From positions 61,537 to 125,536 of IMG/VR virus record IMGVR_UViG_2695421015_000001: a stretch of 64,000 nt of DNA. One strand, given 5' to 3'. Below are positions 54,789 through 64,000 of the stretch, piece by piece. Source of the stretch: a virus. Its lineage: Duplodnaviria; Caudoviricetes. Made by a program: the position numbers and the translations under genes. Positions within the stretch are counted from its first letter, which is position 1, and each line of letters begins with the position of its first letter. The notes under the pieces were generated by a model, which worked only from the letters and a program-made list of their open reading frames with translations, ran no database searches and was not told the origin of the DNA.

Positions 54789-54863
54789 ATGTCCGTTGTT
54801 GGGGCCAAAGCGGAAGACATCTGCTCGCAGCGAGTATTTCGCCTTTTGACCCCGAACGGACAT
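54789..54863. repeat. Palindromic REP/attC-like element
   Basis: ATGTCCGTT...AACGGACAT terminal inverted repeat with internal AAGCGGA/TTTTGACCC; related element at 55687-55760. Confidence 0.65.
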
Positions 54864-54991
54864 TCCTTGATCTAGATCAATCACCAAGCGCGGTGTTCGG
54901 TTCGGATCGAGGGCAATCGACGCATGTAATCGAGCGCTTCTACAATCAGCGGCGGCGGACGCTCTCCGGCCCCGCAATCAGGAGGATCGAC

Positions 54992-55573
54992 ATGGGAAAA
55001 TGGGCCTTTGTAGCGTTAGTAGTAGCAGTGTTGCTCGGCTCGAGCGGCATCGCCAGCGCGCAGGACAAGCCTTTGATTTGCGACCAGCAATTTGCACTCT
55101 GCACGAGCGCCTCGTGCGTCCCGTCGCCCGGCAATCCGAAGGTGGCGCTCTGTACCTGCGATGTGTGGGACACCAAGGGTGGGACGATTGGGGTTGCCTC
55201 GTGCGACGCCATCAAGCCGAGCACCGACGCCAATGGCTGGCGCACCGTTTATTCCTATTTCGCGCTCACGCAATCCTATCAGGGCAAACGCGTGATGAAA
55301 TGCGCCGCCGGAACGCCGTGGGCGGAGTGCCTCAACGCGAAGTGCACTGTCGACCCTGCCAATCCGTCAAAAGCAATCTGTGCCTGCGAAACTATGTTCC
55401 AAACCGGCGAATGGGTCACGTGGGCGGGCAACTGCAACACGCAGAGTTGCAGTAAGGGTTTTTTGAACGGCACCACTCTCGCTGCAGTGTCTCCGGGGAT
55501 CGATATCTTGACGAAGGACCTCAACCTGAAGAAGTCCCCGGTCAATTATTGCAGTCCGGGTGACGCTCGGTAA
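54992..55573 (+). CDS. Secreted cysteine-rich protein
   Basis: AGGAGG RBS, signal peptide ending ASA-Q, many Cys. Confidence 0.75.
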   Translation: MGKWAFVALVVAVLLGSSGIASAQDKPLICDQQFALCTSASCVPSPGNPKVALCTCDVWDTKGGTIGVASCDAIKPSTDANGWRTVYSYFALTQSYQGKRVMKCAAGTPWAECLNAKCTVDPANPSKAICACETMFQTGEWVTWAGNCNTQSCSKGFLNGTTLAAVSPGIDILTKDLNLKKSPVNYCSPGDAR

Positions 55574-55686
55574 AAGGTATCGCGTCGTAAAACGGGCTCC
55601 GAACAGGGGGGACGCCTTCACCCGTTCCCTGAACCGAACGTGCCCGCGAACCCAATCTCCGTTCGCGTGATCGAATGAGTGCGGTC

Positions 55687-55760
55687 ACTTCCGAAATTGG
55701 GACTTAGCGGACATCCTGGCGCGTGGCCCGGATGTCGGCTTTTGAGAGCGAAGCGGACAT
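55687..55760. repeat. Palindromic REP/attC-like element
   Basis: AGCGGACAT...ATGTCGGCTTTTGA...AAGCGGACAT. Confidence 0.55.
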
Positions 55761-55878
55761 CGCCATGTCTGCATGGACATACCAAGTTTATGAGTACACG
55801 CCCCTAGATAGCTCCCCGATCCGGGGGCGAAAAGTTTGGCCGCCCCTTAACCGGGGGCGGCCTTTTTTGCGTTTCTGG

Positions 55879-56484
55879 TCACGAGAAAGAATCCTTCACG
55901 CGGTACAGCGCCGGGTGAAGCGGGTTCTTCACCTTGACCCAGCTCCGTTGGGGGCCGGGACGATAGGGGCTGTCCAGGCGCTTCGACACCATGCCCTCCA
56001 GCCCCATCTCGCAGGCCTTCGGGAACATGCGCGGGTCAATCGGGCCCGGCTCGAACGGGGCGGCAAAGATGCCGTCAGGACGTCGGTCGAGCAGGCGGGC
56101 CAGCTTGGTCTTGCGCATCGACAGCGGCAGCTTCCTCACATCATCTTCATCCGTGGCCAGCATGTCGAAGGCGTAGAGCTGCGCCTGGTCATCATACTTC
56201 CGCGAATGCAAGGAATCGAAATCCGAAACGCCATCGACGCCGAGCACAACGGCCTCGCCGTCGAGGACGAAGCGCTTCGCAGGATTCTTCAGCGCCGCCT
56301 CTACAATCCATGGATAGCGCTTGGTCCAGTCGTGGCCGTTCTTGGTGAACAGCCGAACGCGATCACCGTCGCGCTGAACAATCAGGCGATAGCCATCGTA
56401 CTTGATCTCGTGAAGCCAATCCGCGCCGGAGGGAACCTCTTTCCCGCGGGTCGGGAGGCAGGGCTCAAAAAGGGCTTTGGGCAT
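55879..56484 (-). CDS. ATP-dependent DNA ligase, adenylation domain only
   Basis: EIKYDGYR, LDGE, FD, EGMVSKR, WVKVK. Confidence 0.9.
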   Translation of the reverse strand: MPKALFEPCLPTRGKEVPSGADWLHEIKYDGYRLIVQRDGDRVRLFTKNGHDWTKRYPWIVEAALKNPAKRFVLDGEAVVLGVDGVSDFDSLHSRKYDDQAQLYAFDMLATDEDDVRKLPLSMRKTKLARLLDRRPDGIFAAPFEPGPIDPRMFPKACEMGLEGMVSKRLDSPYRPGPQRSWVKVKNPLHPALYRVKDSFS

Positions 56485-56501
56485 GGCCTTTAGATAGGAT
56501 T

Positions 56502-56873
56502 TTAGCGCCGGTTTTGGAGTCCCGTCAGACCAAGCCGGAGGGTCAGCTGGCGCGGCCCTTCGTGCCGCTCCAGGAACTCCTCAAGGCTCTGCGGAACGTC
56601 CCGCTGCTCCAGATCAATCAGCCGGCGCAGCTCACGGGCGACGTCCGCCGAGACGTCGCGCGACCATCCCTCGCCAGTGTTGAAGCAGAAAATGCCGATC
56701 GGATTTTTATACTGCGCTGTGAGCATGTCCGCGACGATGGTCTCGAAGGTGGTATCTTCGTAGTCTGCCTCGCACCAAATCCTGCCCAGCCGGCCCAGGT
56801 CGTCCACGACAAGGTAGACATCCTGATCGTCGCCTCGTGGCACGATAGACGGCGTCCAATCGGATTTACTCAT
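56502..56873 (-). CDS. Hypothetical protein
   Basis: ORF; ATG at 56873. Confidence 0.7.
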   Translation of the reverse strand: MSKSDWTPSIVPRGDDQDVYLVVDDLGRLGRIWCEADYEDTTFETIVADMLTAQYKNPIGIFCFNTGEGWSRDVSADVARELRRLIDLEQRDVPQSLEEFLERHEGPRQLTLRLGLTGLQNRR

Positions 56874-56926
56874 ACTCGAACTCCACACAACCGCGACTCA
56901 AGCCGGTTCCGGACAATTCGTTCCTG

Positions 56927-57124
56927 TCAGTGCCGCCAGCCATCCTTATCGACCTCAATCCTGAAGCCCTCCGGCATCCGCGGCACTTCGCCTTCCTTCG
57001 TCACGTTACAGTCCGGGCACGGCGCGCCCGGCGCGCCGCAAGGGCATGCGTTCGGACCTTCCCAAGGCCGATCCGGGTGGGCCTCGCAGACCCACGCACT
57101 GTCTTCGCAGCGGGTGCATTTCAT
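56927..57124 (-). CDS. Small Cys-rich protein
   Basis: C..C...WVCE.H...C.C....C..C. Confidence 0.65.
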   Translation of the reverse strand: MKCTRCEDSAWVCEAHPDRPWEGPNACPCGAPGAPCPDCNVTKEGEVPRMPEGFRIEVDKDGWRH

Positions 57125-57555
57125 CACGCCATGTCCATATGCGCGCTGCGGACGTGCTCCGGCACGCTCGCGATCGTCAACTCGGCGCCGCAGAAGCATC
57201 GGGACCGGCCGTCGGTCGTCTGGGTCGGTAGCTGGCGACGGGTGCCCCACATCTTATACTTCCAGGCGGTGAAGGCTCGCTCCCGGCGGTTCTCTGTGAA
57301 ATCGGCCTCGGTGCATTGTGGAAGGTATTCGAGCCACGCCCGCTCGAACTCGGCTCGCGCTATTTCAAAGGTCGCCGCGGTGCCATCGGGATGGTGCCCT
57401 TGATGCGATCGCGGATAGAAGCCGCAGTCCCAGCCCCATTGGTCGACGTCAGCCGGCACGCCGGCGCGCTTGGCGATCGTCCCGACGTGGGTGTCTCCAT
57501 AGTAGACGTGCCAGCAATCGGGGATCTCAGGGTTTCGGCGGCGAGTGAGTTCCAT
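57124..57555 (-). CDS. Hypothetical protein
   Basis: ORF coupled to the downstream gene. Confidence 0.7.
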   Translation of the reverse strand: MELTRRRNPEIPDCWHVYYGDTHVGTIAKRAGVPADVDQWGWDCGFYPRSHQGHHPDGTAATFEIARAEFERAWLEYLPQCTEADFTENRRERAFTAWKYKMWGTRRQLPTQTTDGRSRCFCGAELTIASVPEHVRSAHMDMA

Positions 57556-57610
57556 CCCGCCATTTTAGCAGCCGGGCAGGGGATTGCGCCAGCGTTGGCC
57601 GGGATCGTCA

Positions 57611-57705
57611 CGGTTGCGGACCCATCGCACCAACATTGATCGCTATCGCAGATTGCTCGGAACACAACTCTCAGAGCTTGAGCGCCAGTACCTGGAACGG
57701 CGCCG
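57611..57705 (+). pseudogene. Possible gene remnant (RLRTHRTNIDRYRRLLGTQLSELERQYLERR)
   Basis: Protein-like segment recalled from small rhizobial proteins; no good start; degenerates afterwards. Confidence 0.3.
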
Positions 57706-58097
57706 ACCCGCCGAGCTAGTCAGCGGGCTTTGTCTTTCTCTTTTTTCTTTCGTTTCAAAACGTCGGCCTGGCTTCGATAGGCCAGCGCTACGGCACGAAG
57801 CCCAGCCGCGCGATCAGGGTCCGACGCGCGCATGGCCGCTTGCTCCGCCTTATCCGCCTGTTTTCGAAAGAACTTAGTTTGCTTGACCATGGTGACAACG
57901 GGATTGGGAACGCATGGGTTTCCGTTTCAATATGGGCCTCTTCCGTTGCAAATGACACCGCGCGGCACCTGAAATTTTAGTTTAGTACTTTTCCCGTCGC
58001 AATCGGGTCGGCCTCGATTGACCTGCGCGGAGAGCTGGGGTCCCCTCGTTTACGTTTTCGTTTCGACCAGCCCGCGATCCTTTCCGAGTAAGTCGGT

Positions 58098-58793
58098 CTA
58101 GCTTGGTTCGCCGCGTCGGCGGTCAATCACAGCGACAGAGTGCACACCATCTAGTTCGTCTAGCTTTGCAACAAAGGTTTTGATGTCTTGCGACGAAACC
58201 TTGCTCAAGAGGACAGTGACCTCTTCGATGCCGTCGCGAGGCGTAGTGAGAAACCGTTTAATCTGGCCAGTGCGAATATTGAGTGTTCGTTTGACAACCT
58301 CCGGCGTAACAGAGGCTTGCGTCGCTTCAATTTTCAGTCGGCAGCTTTGATTGCGAGCGCGATAAGCTTCTTCCAGCGGCTTTACTCCAGCGAGAATAAC
58401 AATGATGACAGCGGTGGAAACGCCAGCCGCGAAATAGAGACCGCCACCAACGGCCAAACCAATTGCAGCGACCGTCCAAATACTCGCCGCTGTCGTCAGA
58501 CCCCTGACTATCTCACCTCGGGCCAGAATTGCGCCGGCACCAAGGAAGCCAATGCCTGAAACCACCTGTGCAGCAACCCGCGAGGGGTCAAGAACGACGT
58601 TTTGAGAGGAAAGGCTGTCTCGGAACCCAAAGGCGGAGACGATCATGATCAGGCAAGCACCAACGCAAACCAACATATGCGTTCGGATACCAGCGGCCCA
58701 GAGAAGTCGCTCGCGTTCAAATCCGATGACGCTGCCGAATACCGCCGCTACTAGCAGGCGAGCAACGACGTCCAAGTTGGGAAGCGTGTTCAT
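58098..58793 (-). CDS. mgtC: MgtC/SapB family protein
   Basis: IG.ERE....AG.RTH.LV..G, DPSR.AAQVVSGIGFLGAG.I, GLTTAA.IW. Confidence 0.92.
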   Translation of the reverse strand: MNTLPNLDVVARLLVAAVFGSVIGFERERLLWAAGIRTHMLVCVGACLIMIVSAFGFRDSLSSQNVVLDPSRVAAQVVSGIGFLGAGAILARGEIVRGLTTAASIWTVAAIGLAVGGGLYFAAGVSTAVIIVILAGVKPLEEAYRARNQSCRLKIEATQASVTPEVVKRTLNIRTGQIKRFLTTPRDGIEEVTVLLSKVSSQDIKTFVAKLDELDGVHSVAVIDRRRGEPS

Positions 58794-59311
58794 GCTGACC
58801 TCTTTTCATTCAGAAAATTCTCCGCACCGTAAATTGAACCGCGTTCGTCGAGGGAAAACAACCCGGCGTCGAAATTGGATACCAAATAGGCAGCCGACGT
58901 GCCGGCATCTTGACAGTCGGCACGTCTGGTCTAAGAGGGCTGACGACGACGATGATCGACGAAAACTTGGAGCGGTTCCTGCCGTCGAGCCTTGCCCGGT
59001 GTCGGTCAAAAGCGCCGAAGCTTCCTCAACGAGACTGAGGCGATCCGCAAGCTCGGCATCTCGATCATCCGCAGCTACCTCCTCCGCCGCCTCTTCGCGA
59101 CCCATGTCAAGCGGTTTGCCGCTTGGTGCGAACGCATCGTGGCGTTGATCCCGGAGTACTGAAATTCGGAAGGTAGCGTAAGCCCGTGTCCAGTCGGGAA
59201 ACTGCCCTCACGCGCCTGAACGATCATCTCATGAGCAGTTCAATCCGAACATCCAGCGCCGGGATGACGTGGAAGGCGTTGGAAGCTGTCCCGATCTCAC
59301 GGATGATCCGA

Positions 59312-61564
59312 TTAGGCGATCGCCTCTAGCGCGACGGCAGCCGCACCTTGAGTGGGATCGGCGGGCTTCTGGGCTCCCATCATCATCTTATAGTGCCCGT
59401 GATGATCTGTCTTTTCGAAGATGCGGCGGAATACGTCGAGATAGCGAGCCACGACGCTGTCGTCAGCGGAGATGTAGAGATCGTCGTGGGCGCTGTGCGA
59501 TCCGTCATTGACCCAAGAGAAAAGTGACGTGCAGAGTTGCTGGTCCTTGCCCTCGAACTGCGCGATAATATCGTCCGTGTCGACGTTGCCGAGAATCTTG
59601 AAATAGTTCTCGATGATGCGCCTGAGCGTGTTCTGGATGGTCATGTTCGAGCGGTTCGGGTTCCGCACTTCCGCCCAGAGTAATTCGTACGACGTCTTAA
59701 TCGGGTTGTGATTGTAGCCGACGACCTTTGAGACGCCGTCGACCTTGCGGACGATCCAGAAGGTCTCTTGCGCTCTGCATTCCGCTCCCCGGTTGCGATC
59801 GAACGATACCTCCTTGTGAAAGTAGATGTTGTGAGTCAGCAGGAAGACTTGCTTGATCTGGCCTTTGCCATCGGAAGCCTCTTTGAGCAAACGCTTGATC
59901 AGGTTGCTGACGATGAACAGCACGTCGCTGTCCAGACTCGACACCGGATCGTCAAACACGACAATTCGGTCGGAGGTGACATCCGACTCTGATACGCTGC
60001 CGCGTAGCAGGTGGTAAAAATAGAGGAAGCAGACGAAGCTTTTCTCGCCTTCGCTAAGCGTCGCCGCCGCGTTGTCACCGCCGTTGCGGACAATTTCATA
60101 GAGGTGGCCGCGCTCGCCCGCCGTTCTCAGCGTGAAGCCAGAGAAGCCAAACGAGGTCAACAAGGAGTTGATCGCGCTCACCGTCGGCTGAACGCTTGTG
60201 ACTTTTTTTTCCAATTCACGCAGCTCCGCCCTTGCGGTAAGCAGCTGGCCCTCTTTCGCTGCGAGGCCTGTAGTCAGTCCTCCGACGGCCTTGTCGAGCG
60301 CGTCCCACTCCGCCCGGTACTTCTCGATTGTCGCGCTGTACTCATCGAGCAGGTACTTCCAGATTTGGCCGATGAGCGTGCCGCGCTCGGCGGCAATGTT
60401 GTCTACGAGCGCGTTATGAGCGGCAATTGAGGCATTGGCGGTGGCGATCCTGGCGATAATCGGCTCCGCCAGTTCTGCGAGCGGTTCCAACGTCACCGGC
60501 GTGCTGGGCTCGCGCTTCTTGGCTTCGAGCAGGCGCTTGTTCACCGCGAGGCGGGCGGCGATTCGATCGACATCTGCGCGCAGAAGCTCCCGGTCGACGT
60601 GACGATTGTCGTGGGCGATAGCTTCTTCGAGCATCTTCAAAGTCGAGCCAGCGACGACATCGTATGTCTCAAGCGCAGCGGCGATCGACGCCATATCGTT
60701 GAGGAAGGTTTCGTCGAAATAGGCATTGAGCCGCGCGGCAAGCTCCGCCTCGACTTCCTGCTGACAGAAAGGACATTGAGATCCATGGCCGAGATACTGC
60801 AGTCCTTGCCTAACCCAATCGCTGTTGCCAAGTCGCCGAATTAGGGCGGCGACATCGACATCTTCCTTGCCGAGCACTTTCTTAGCGAGCACGGGCGCGC
60901 GTTCGACCGCCAGTAGATCGGTTATGTCAATAGTGCCTATCACGGCGTGGCGCTCGAGCCCATCTTCAAACAACGTCACGGCCTTGCGCTTCAGCTCATC
61001 GACGGTCACGAGCGGCGCCGTGTTGGCCGCCAACTCTACCAGCACCTTGTCGCAGAACTTCGACTGCGAGTTTCGGACGCCTGAGAAGGCGTCCTTAAAA
61101 TAGGGATCGTACTTGCCCTTGATCTTCCAGCAGTCAGATTCGAACTGGGCGCGCAGCGTCCGTAGCTCTCCCCGCTTACCGGACGACGAGTCCACCACGC
61201 CTAATGTGCCGTTCAGCTTCGCAATACCATCCTCAAGGTCTTCGACCCTGGCTTTGGCTTTCTCGATCTTGTCGAGCGTGTCGCTCGCGGCCTCTCCAAG
61301 GGTAAAAATTCCGGGAAGTGGAAGCTGCGGCACAAAGTTGCGGGTCACGAAGTCGCTGTTGTAGACGCAACAGGCCAGCGTCCGACCCTTCTCCCACGTC
61401 AAGGCGCAGGAAGCATAGGAGCTAGGATTATAAATGACGCGCGAGATCGTTGTCTTGCCGGTTCCGTTCGTGCCGAAGATGAAATTGATCGCCTTCAGCG
61501 ACGAGAGCTTCTCGCCTTCACTCGAATAGCTTGCGTTACCCGCAATCTTAATTTCCTGAAGCAC
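59312..61564 (-). CDS. rloC: RloC-like ABC ATPase with zinc hook and C-terminal HEPN domain
   Basis: GTNGTGKTT, CPFCQQ, LSEGEK, DDPVSSLD, LTHN, RRIIENYF...NDGSH. Confidence 0.75.
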   Translation of the reverse strand: MLQEIKIAGNASYSSEGEKLSSLKAINFIFGTNGTGKTTISRVIYNPSSYASCALTWEKGRTLACCVYNSDFVTRNFVPQLPLPGIFTLGEAASDTLDKIEKAKARVEDLEDGIAKLNGTLGVVDSSSGKRGELRTLRAQFESDCWKIKGKYDPYFKDAFSGVRNSQSKFCDKVLVELAANTAPLVTVDELKRKAVTLFEDGLERHAVIGTIDITDLLAVERAPVLAKKVLGKEDVDVAALIRRLGNSDWVRQGLQYLGHGSQCPFCQQEVEAELAARLNAYFDETFLNDMASIAAALETYDVVAGSTLKMLEEAIAHDNRHVDRELLRADVDRIAARLAVNKRLLEAKKREPSTPVTLEPLAELAEPIIARIATANASIAAHNALVDNIAAERGTLIGQIWKYLLDEYSATIEKYRAEWDALDKAVGGLTTGLAAKEGQLLTARAELRELEKKVTSVQPTVSAINSLLTSFGFSGFTLRTAGERGHLYEIVRNGGDNAAATLSEGEKSFVCFLYFYHLLRGSVSESDVTSDRIVVFDDPVSSLDSDVLFIVSNLIKRLLKEASDGKGQIKQVFLLTHNIYFHKEVSFDRNRGAECRAQETFWIVRKVDGVSKVVGYNHNPIKTSYELLWAEVRNPNRSNMTIQNTLRRIIENYFKILGNVDTDDIIAQFEGKDQQLCTSLFSWVNDGSHSAHDDLYISADDSVVARYLDVFRRIFEKTDHHGHYKMMMGAQKPADPTQGAAAVALEAIA

Positions 61565-62227
61565 TTAACGCCCCCAGACTCTGTCAAATGATCACGCCTA
61601 ATTTTTGAAGACACATGCTATCGCCCGTTCCGCGAAATAGCGAGCCAAATCTACCGGAGGGTGCAACTGACTTCGCAAGGCAGTTTCCTTCGGACGTTGT
61701 GACGACTGCAAGCCGCGTTGCCGCTCTGAAGCACTCAAACCACCCACCTGACAGGCTCGGTCTCGGCCACCTGCATCGGCGACCTTGGCGAGATGTCTAT
61801 TCAGTTTTGCGAGCTTCGGCGCCTAACGATGTTAAGGACCCGGGGCTGCAGGCGATCTCGACCCGTCAAGCCGCCGAGCTGACTCTTTGCTCAGACGCTG
61901 CGGACGCGCTCGAAGTGGGCTTATAGGGGCCGAGAAGACGTCCCGCGTCACCTGATTGTCGACATCCAGCAGGCTCTTGCCGATCACCGGCAGCTAGGTC
62001 GAGCAATCCAGGTTATCCTCTGTCATGCGTGTACCTGCGGTTGCGAATCGCAGGCGCCATGCTGGCGATCGCAGGTTGTAAAAACAAGGGAATCCCGGGG
62101 CGGGGGGACATTTATCCCCGAAAAAAGATCATTGCTTTCAACCTCTGGATCAGCGCGCCCGCACCTGCTATCGCTCAACCTGACGGCGAGGTGAGCGGAA
62201 AGCCGCGGCCGGCAGCTGGGGGCGTGA

Positions 62228-64000
62228 ATGACCGAATTGAATTTCAAAGGCAAAGAATTTGTTTACAACCATCACTTAGCGGTACCGTTTCGTCCCCTCG
62301 TACCACATTCTAAAAAAGGCATCGGTCCGGTCGCGTTTGATGGCAATCTGATCATTCACGGCGACAACCTACACGCGTTGAAGGCGCTGCTGCCGCTCTA
62401 CGCCGGCAAGGTGGACTGCGTCTACATCGATCCCCCCTACAATACGGGCAACAAAGAATGGAGCTATAGCGACAACGTCAACGCGCCGATGATCCGCGAG
62501 TGGCTCACCGCCAATCCAATTTCGCTAGATGATGGTCTACGCCACGATAAATGGTGCGCCATGATGTGGCCTCGCCTTCGGATGCTGGGTGAATTGCTCT
62601 CGCCTGAGGGAGCAGCGTTCATTTCCATAAATTCGATCGAGTACGCTCGTTTAAAATCTATGTGCGACGAAATATTCGGAGAAGATCAGTACATTGGTGA
62701 GTTTGTTTGGAAATCCCGAAACAACAAGGACAACAGAAACGAGAATGGCCTATCGAATGATCACGAATTTGTTCTGATATATGGCGGAGGACTAGACGGA
62801 GAACTCCGATCAGCCGCGGACTATTCCAATCCAGATGGCGACAATCGTGGGCCGTGGGCCAGCGCCAATATGGTTGGCTTGGCCTCTAAAGATAAGAGGC
62901 CAAACCTCCATTTTGATCTCATCAATCCTGCGACAAAGATTAACTATGGCTGCCCTAAGCGCGGATGGCGATTTGAGCCAGCCACGATGAAACGGCTGAT
63001 TGCCGAGCGACGCATTTTATGGCCCGAAAAAAAAGATGGTCGTCCGCGCCGCAAATCTTTCCTTTCAGAACTCGACGCACGAACCAACGTATCGTCGGTC
63101 ACTAACGGTGTATTCTACACGAACAATGGCTCAAAAGAATTTGGCCAGATTTTGCCTGAAGCAGAGTTTCCATTTCCTAAGCCTATCGAGCTAATTCAGT
63201 TCATACTGTCACTGTTCGAAAGACAGGACCTTTTGGTTTTGGATTCTTTTGCTGGCTCTGGTTCTACCGCCCATGGCGTACTACAAGCCAACAAGCTCGA
63301 TGGGGGTAGTCGCCGCTTTATCCTTGTAGAAATGGAAGATTATGCAGACAAACTTACGGCGGAGCGTGTTCGGCGAGTCATAAAGGGCTACAAATTCGAG
63401 GGAACTCAAAAGACCGAACTGCTGCGTGAATATTTAAACTGGCGGGCGATTGAGCGTGCCGAGGATCTTGTTCAAAGGGTAAAGGGCATCGAGAACCTGG
63501 AAGGCCCAGACTTCGACCGTGTGACCAAGCAAGTGAAGGGCGGAGAACTGATCGTCACGGGCGAAAAGGCGGTCACCAAGCGCGCGGAAGGCCTTGGCGG
63601 CGCATTCACCTATTGCACGCTGGATGACCCCGTCGAACTGGACAAGGTGCTTAGTGGCGAGTCGCTACCGTCCTATGCCGCCATCGGGACCGCGCTGTTC
63701 CACATGGCGACCAATCAAGCGCTCGATCCGAAGGCGATCCGTCAAAAGGATTTCTATCTCGGCGAGACCGAAAGCCAGCATGTCTGGCTGATCTACAAAC
63801 CCGACCTCAATTGGCTGAAAACGCCCACGGCGGCCCTCACCCTCGATCAAGCCAAGATTTTTGCCGGGACTGATCCCGAAAAGCGCCATCTGGTCTTTGC
63901 TCCGGCCCGGTTTGTCAGCCAGAAAATGCTGGGCGAGCAGAACTTGCCCGTTGAATTTGTGCCATTGCCGTTTGCTCTGTACCGCATCGACCGGGGCTAA
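62228..64000 (+). CDS. mod: Site-specific amino-DNA methyltransferase (type III Mod-like, beta class)
   Basis: GDNL..LK.L, YIDPPYNTG, FP.PKP, LDSFAGSG.T; AT-richer central target-recognition region. Confidence 0.9.
   Translation: MTELNFKGKEFVYNHHLAVPFRPLVPHSKKGIGPVAFDGNLIIHGDNLHALKALLPLYAGKVDCVYIDPPYNTGNKEWSYSDNVNAPMIREWLTANPISLDDGLRHDKWCAMMWPRLRMLGELLSPEGAAFISINSIEYARLKSMCDEIFGEDQYIGEFVWKSRNNKDNRNENGLSNDHEFVLIYGGGLDGELRSAADYSNPDGDNRGPWASANMVGLASKDKRPNLHFDLINPATKINYGCPKRGWRFEPATMKRLIAERRILWPEKKDGRPRRKSFLSELDARTNVSSVTNGVFYTNNGSKEFGQILPEAEFPFPKPIELIQFILSLFERQDLLVLDSFAGSGSTAHGVLQANKLDGGSRRFILVEMEDYADKLTAERVRRVIKGYKFEGTQKTELLREYLNWRAIERAEDLVQRVKGIENLEGPDFDRVTKQVKGGELIVTGEKAVTKRAEGLGGAFTYCTLDDPVELDKVLSGESLPSYAAIGTALFHMATNQALDPKAIRQKDFYLGETESQHVWLIYKPDLNWLKTPTAALTLDQAKIFAGTDPEKRHLVFAPARFVSQKMLGEQNLPVEFVPLPFALYRIDRG

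Noticed and set aside
55879-56484. Complete LigD/NHEJ system
   Set aside because: Only a short adenylation domain; no Ku, polymerase or phosphoesterase domain nearby.

Overview
Positions 1 to about 54.7 kb are a GC-rich prophage or phage of an alphaproteobacterium, probably Bradyrhizobium-like, with a contractile (myovirus-type) tail. No integrase, repressor or replicase is visible, so these probably lie left of the window. From left to right it contains: (i) a leftward array of tiny early-type genes sharing a CAAGGAGACCAC RBS and repeated intergenic hairpins (1-2300); (ii) a non-coding control or packaging-like region with a TC/GATC-depleted tract and inverted TGTCCC arrays (2300-4560); (iii) about 40 small rightward accessory genes, including a receiver-less CtrA-like DNA-binding protein, tRNA-Thr(UGU), a candidate structured RNA, a PAPS-reductase-like gene, a nucleoside-deoxyribosyltransferase-like gene and an H1-like basic peptide; (iv) terminase, portal, head-spike proteins, a NUDIX/Acb1-like 2H-phosphoesterase/prohead-protease fusion, and the capsid, neck, sheath, tube, tape-measure, baseplate and fibre genes; (v) a lysis region with a GH19 endolysin, a holin-like/outer-membrane beta-barrel fusion and a dual-start holin. 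The last 9 kb look like host accessory or defence DNA: an ATP-dependent ligase cluster, MgtC, an RloC-like ATPase-HEPN protein and a type III-like Mod methyltransferase. The most novel-looking signals are: two tail-fibre-type genes with Sec signal peptides (one also with paired Cys), suggesting fibres matured in the periplasm; the membrane-anchored beta-barrel in a lysis cassette lacking recognisable spanins; anti-defence enzymes fused to the head protease behind a copy of a capsid-protein N-terminal motif; one small domain shared by TerL and three head-region proteins; and three CCG-GGGA-CGG hairpins in front of the capsid gene. All functional calls come from motif recognition by eye; no database searches were run.
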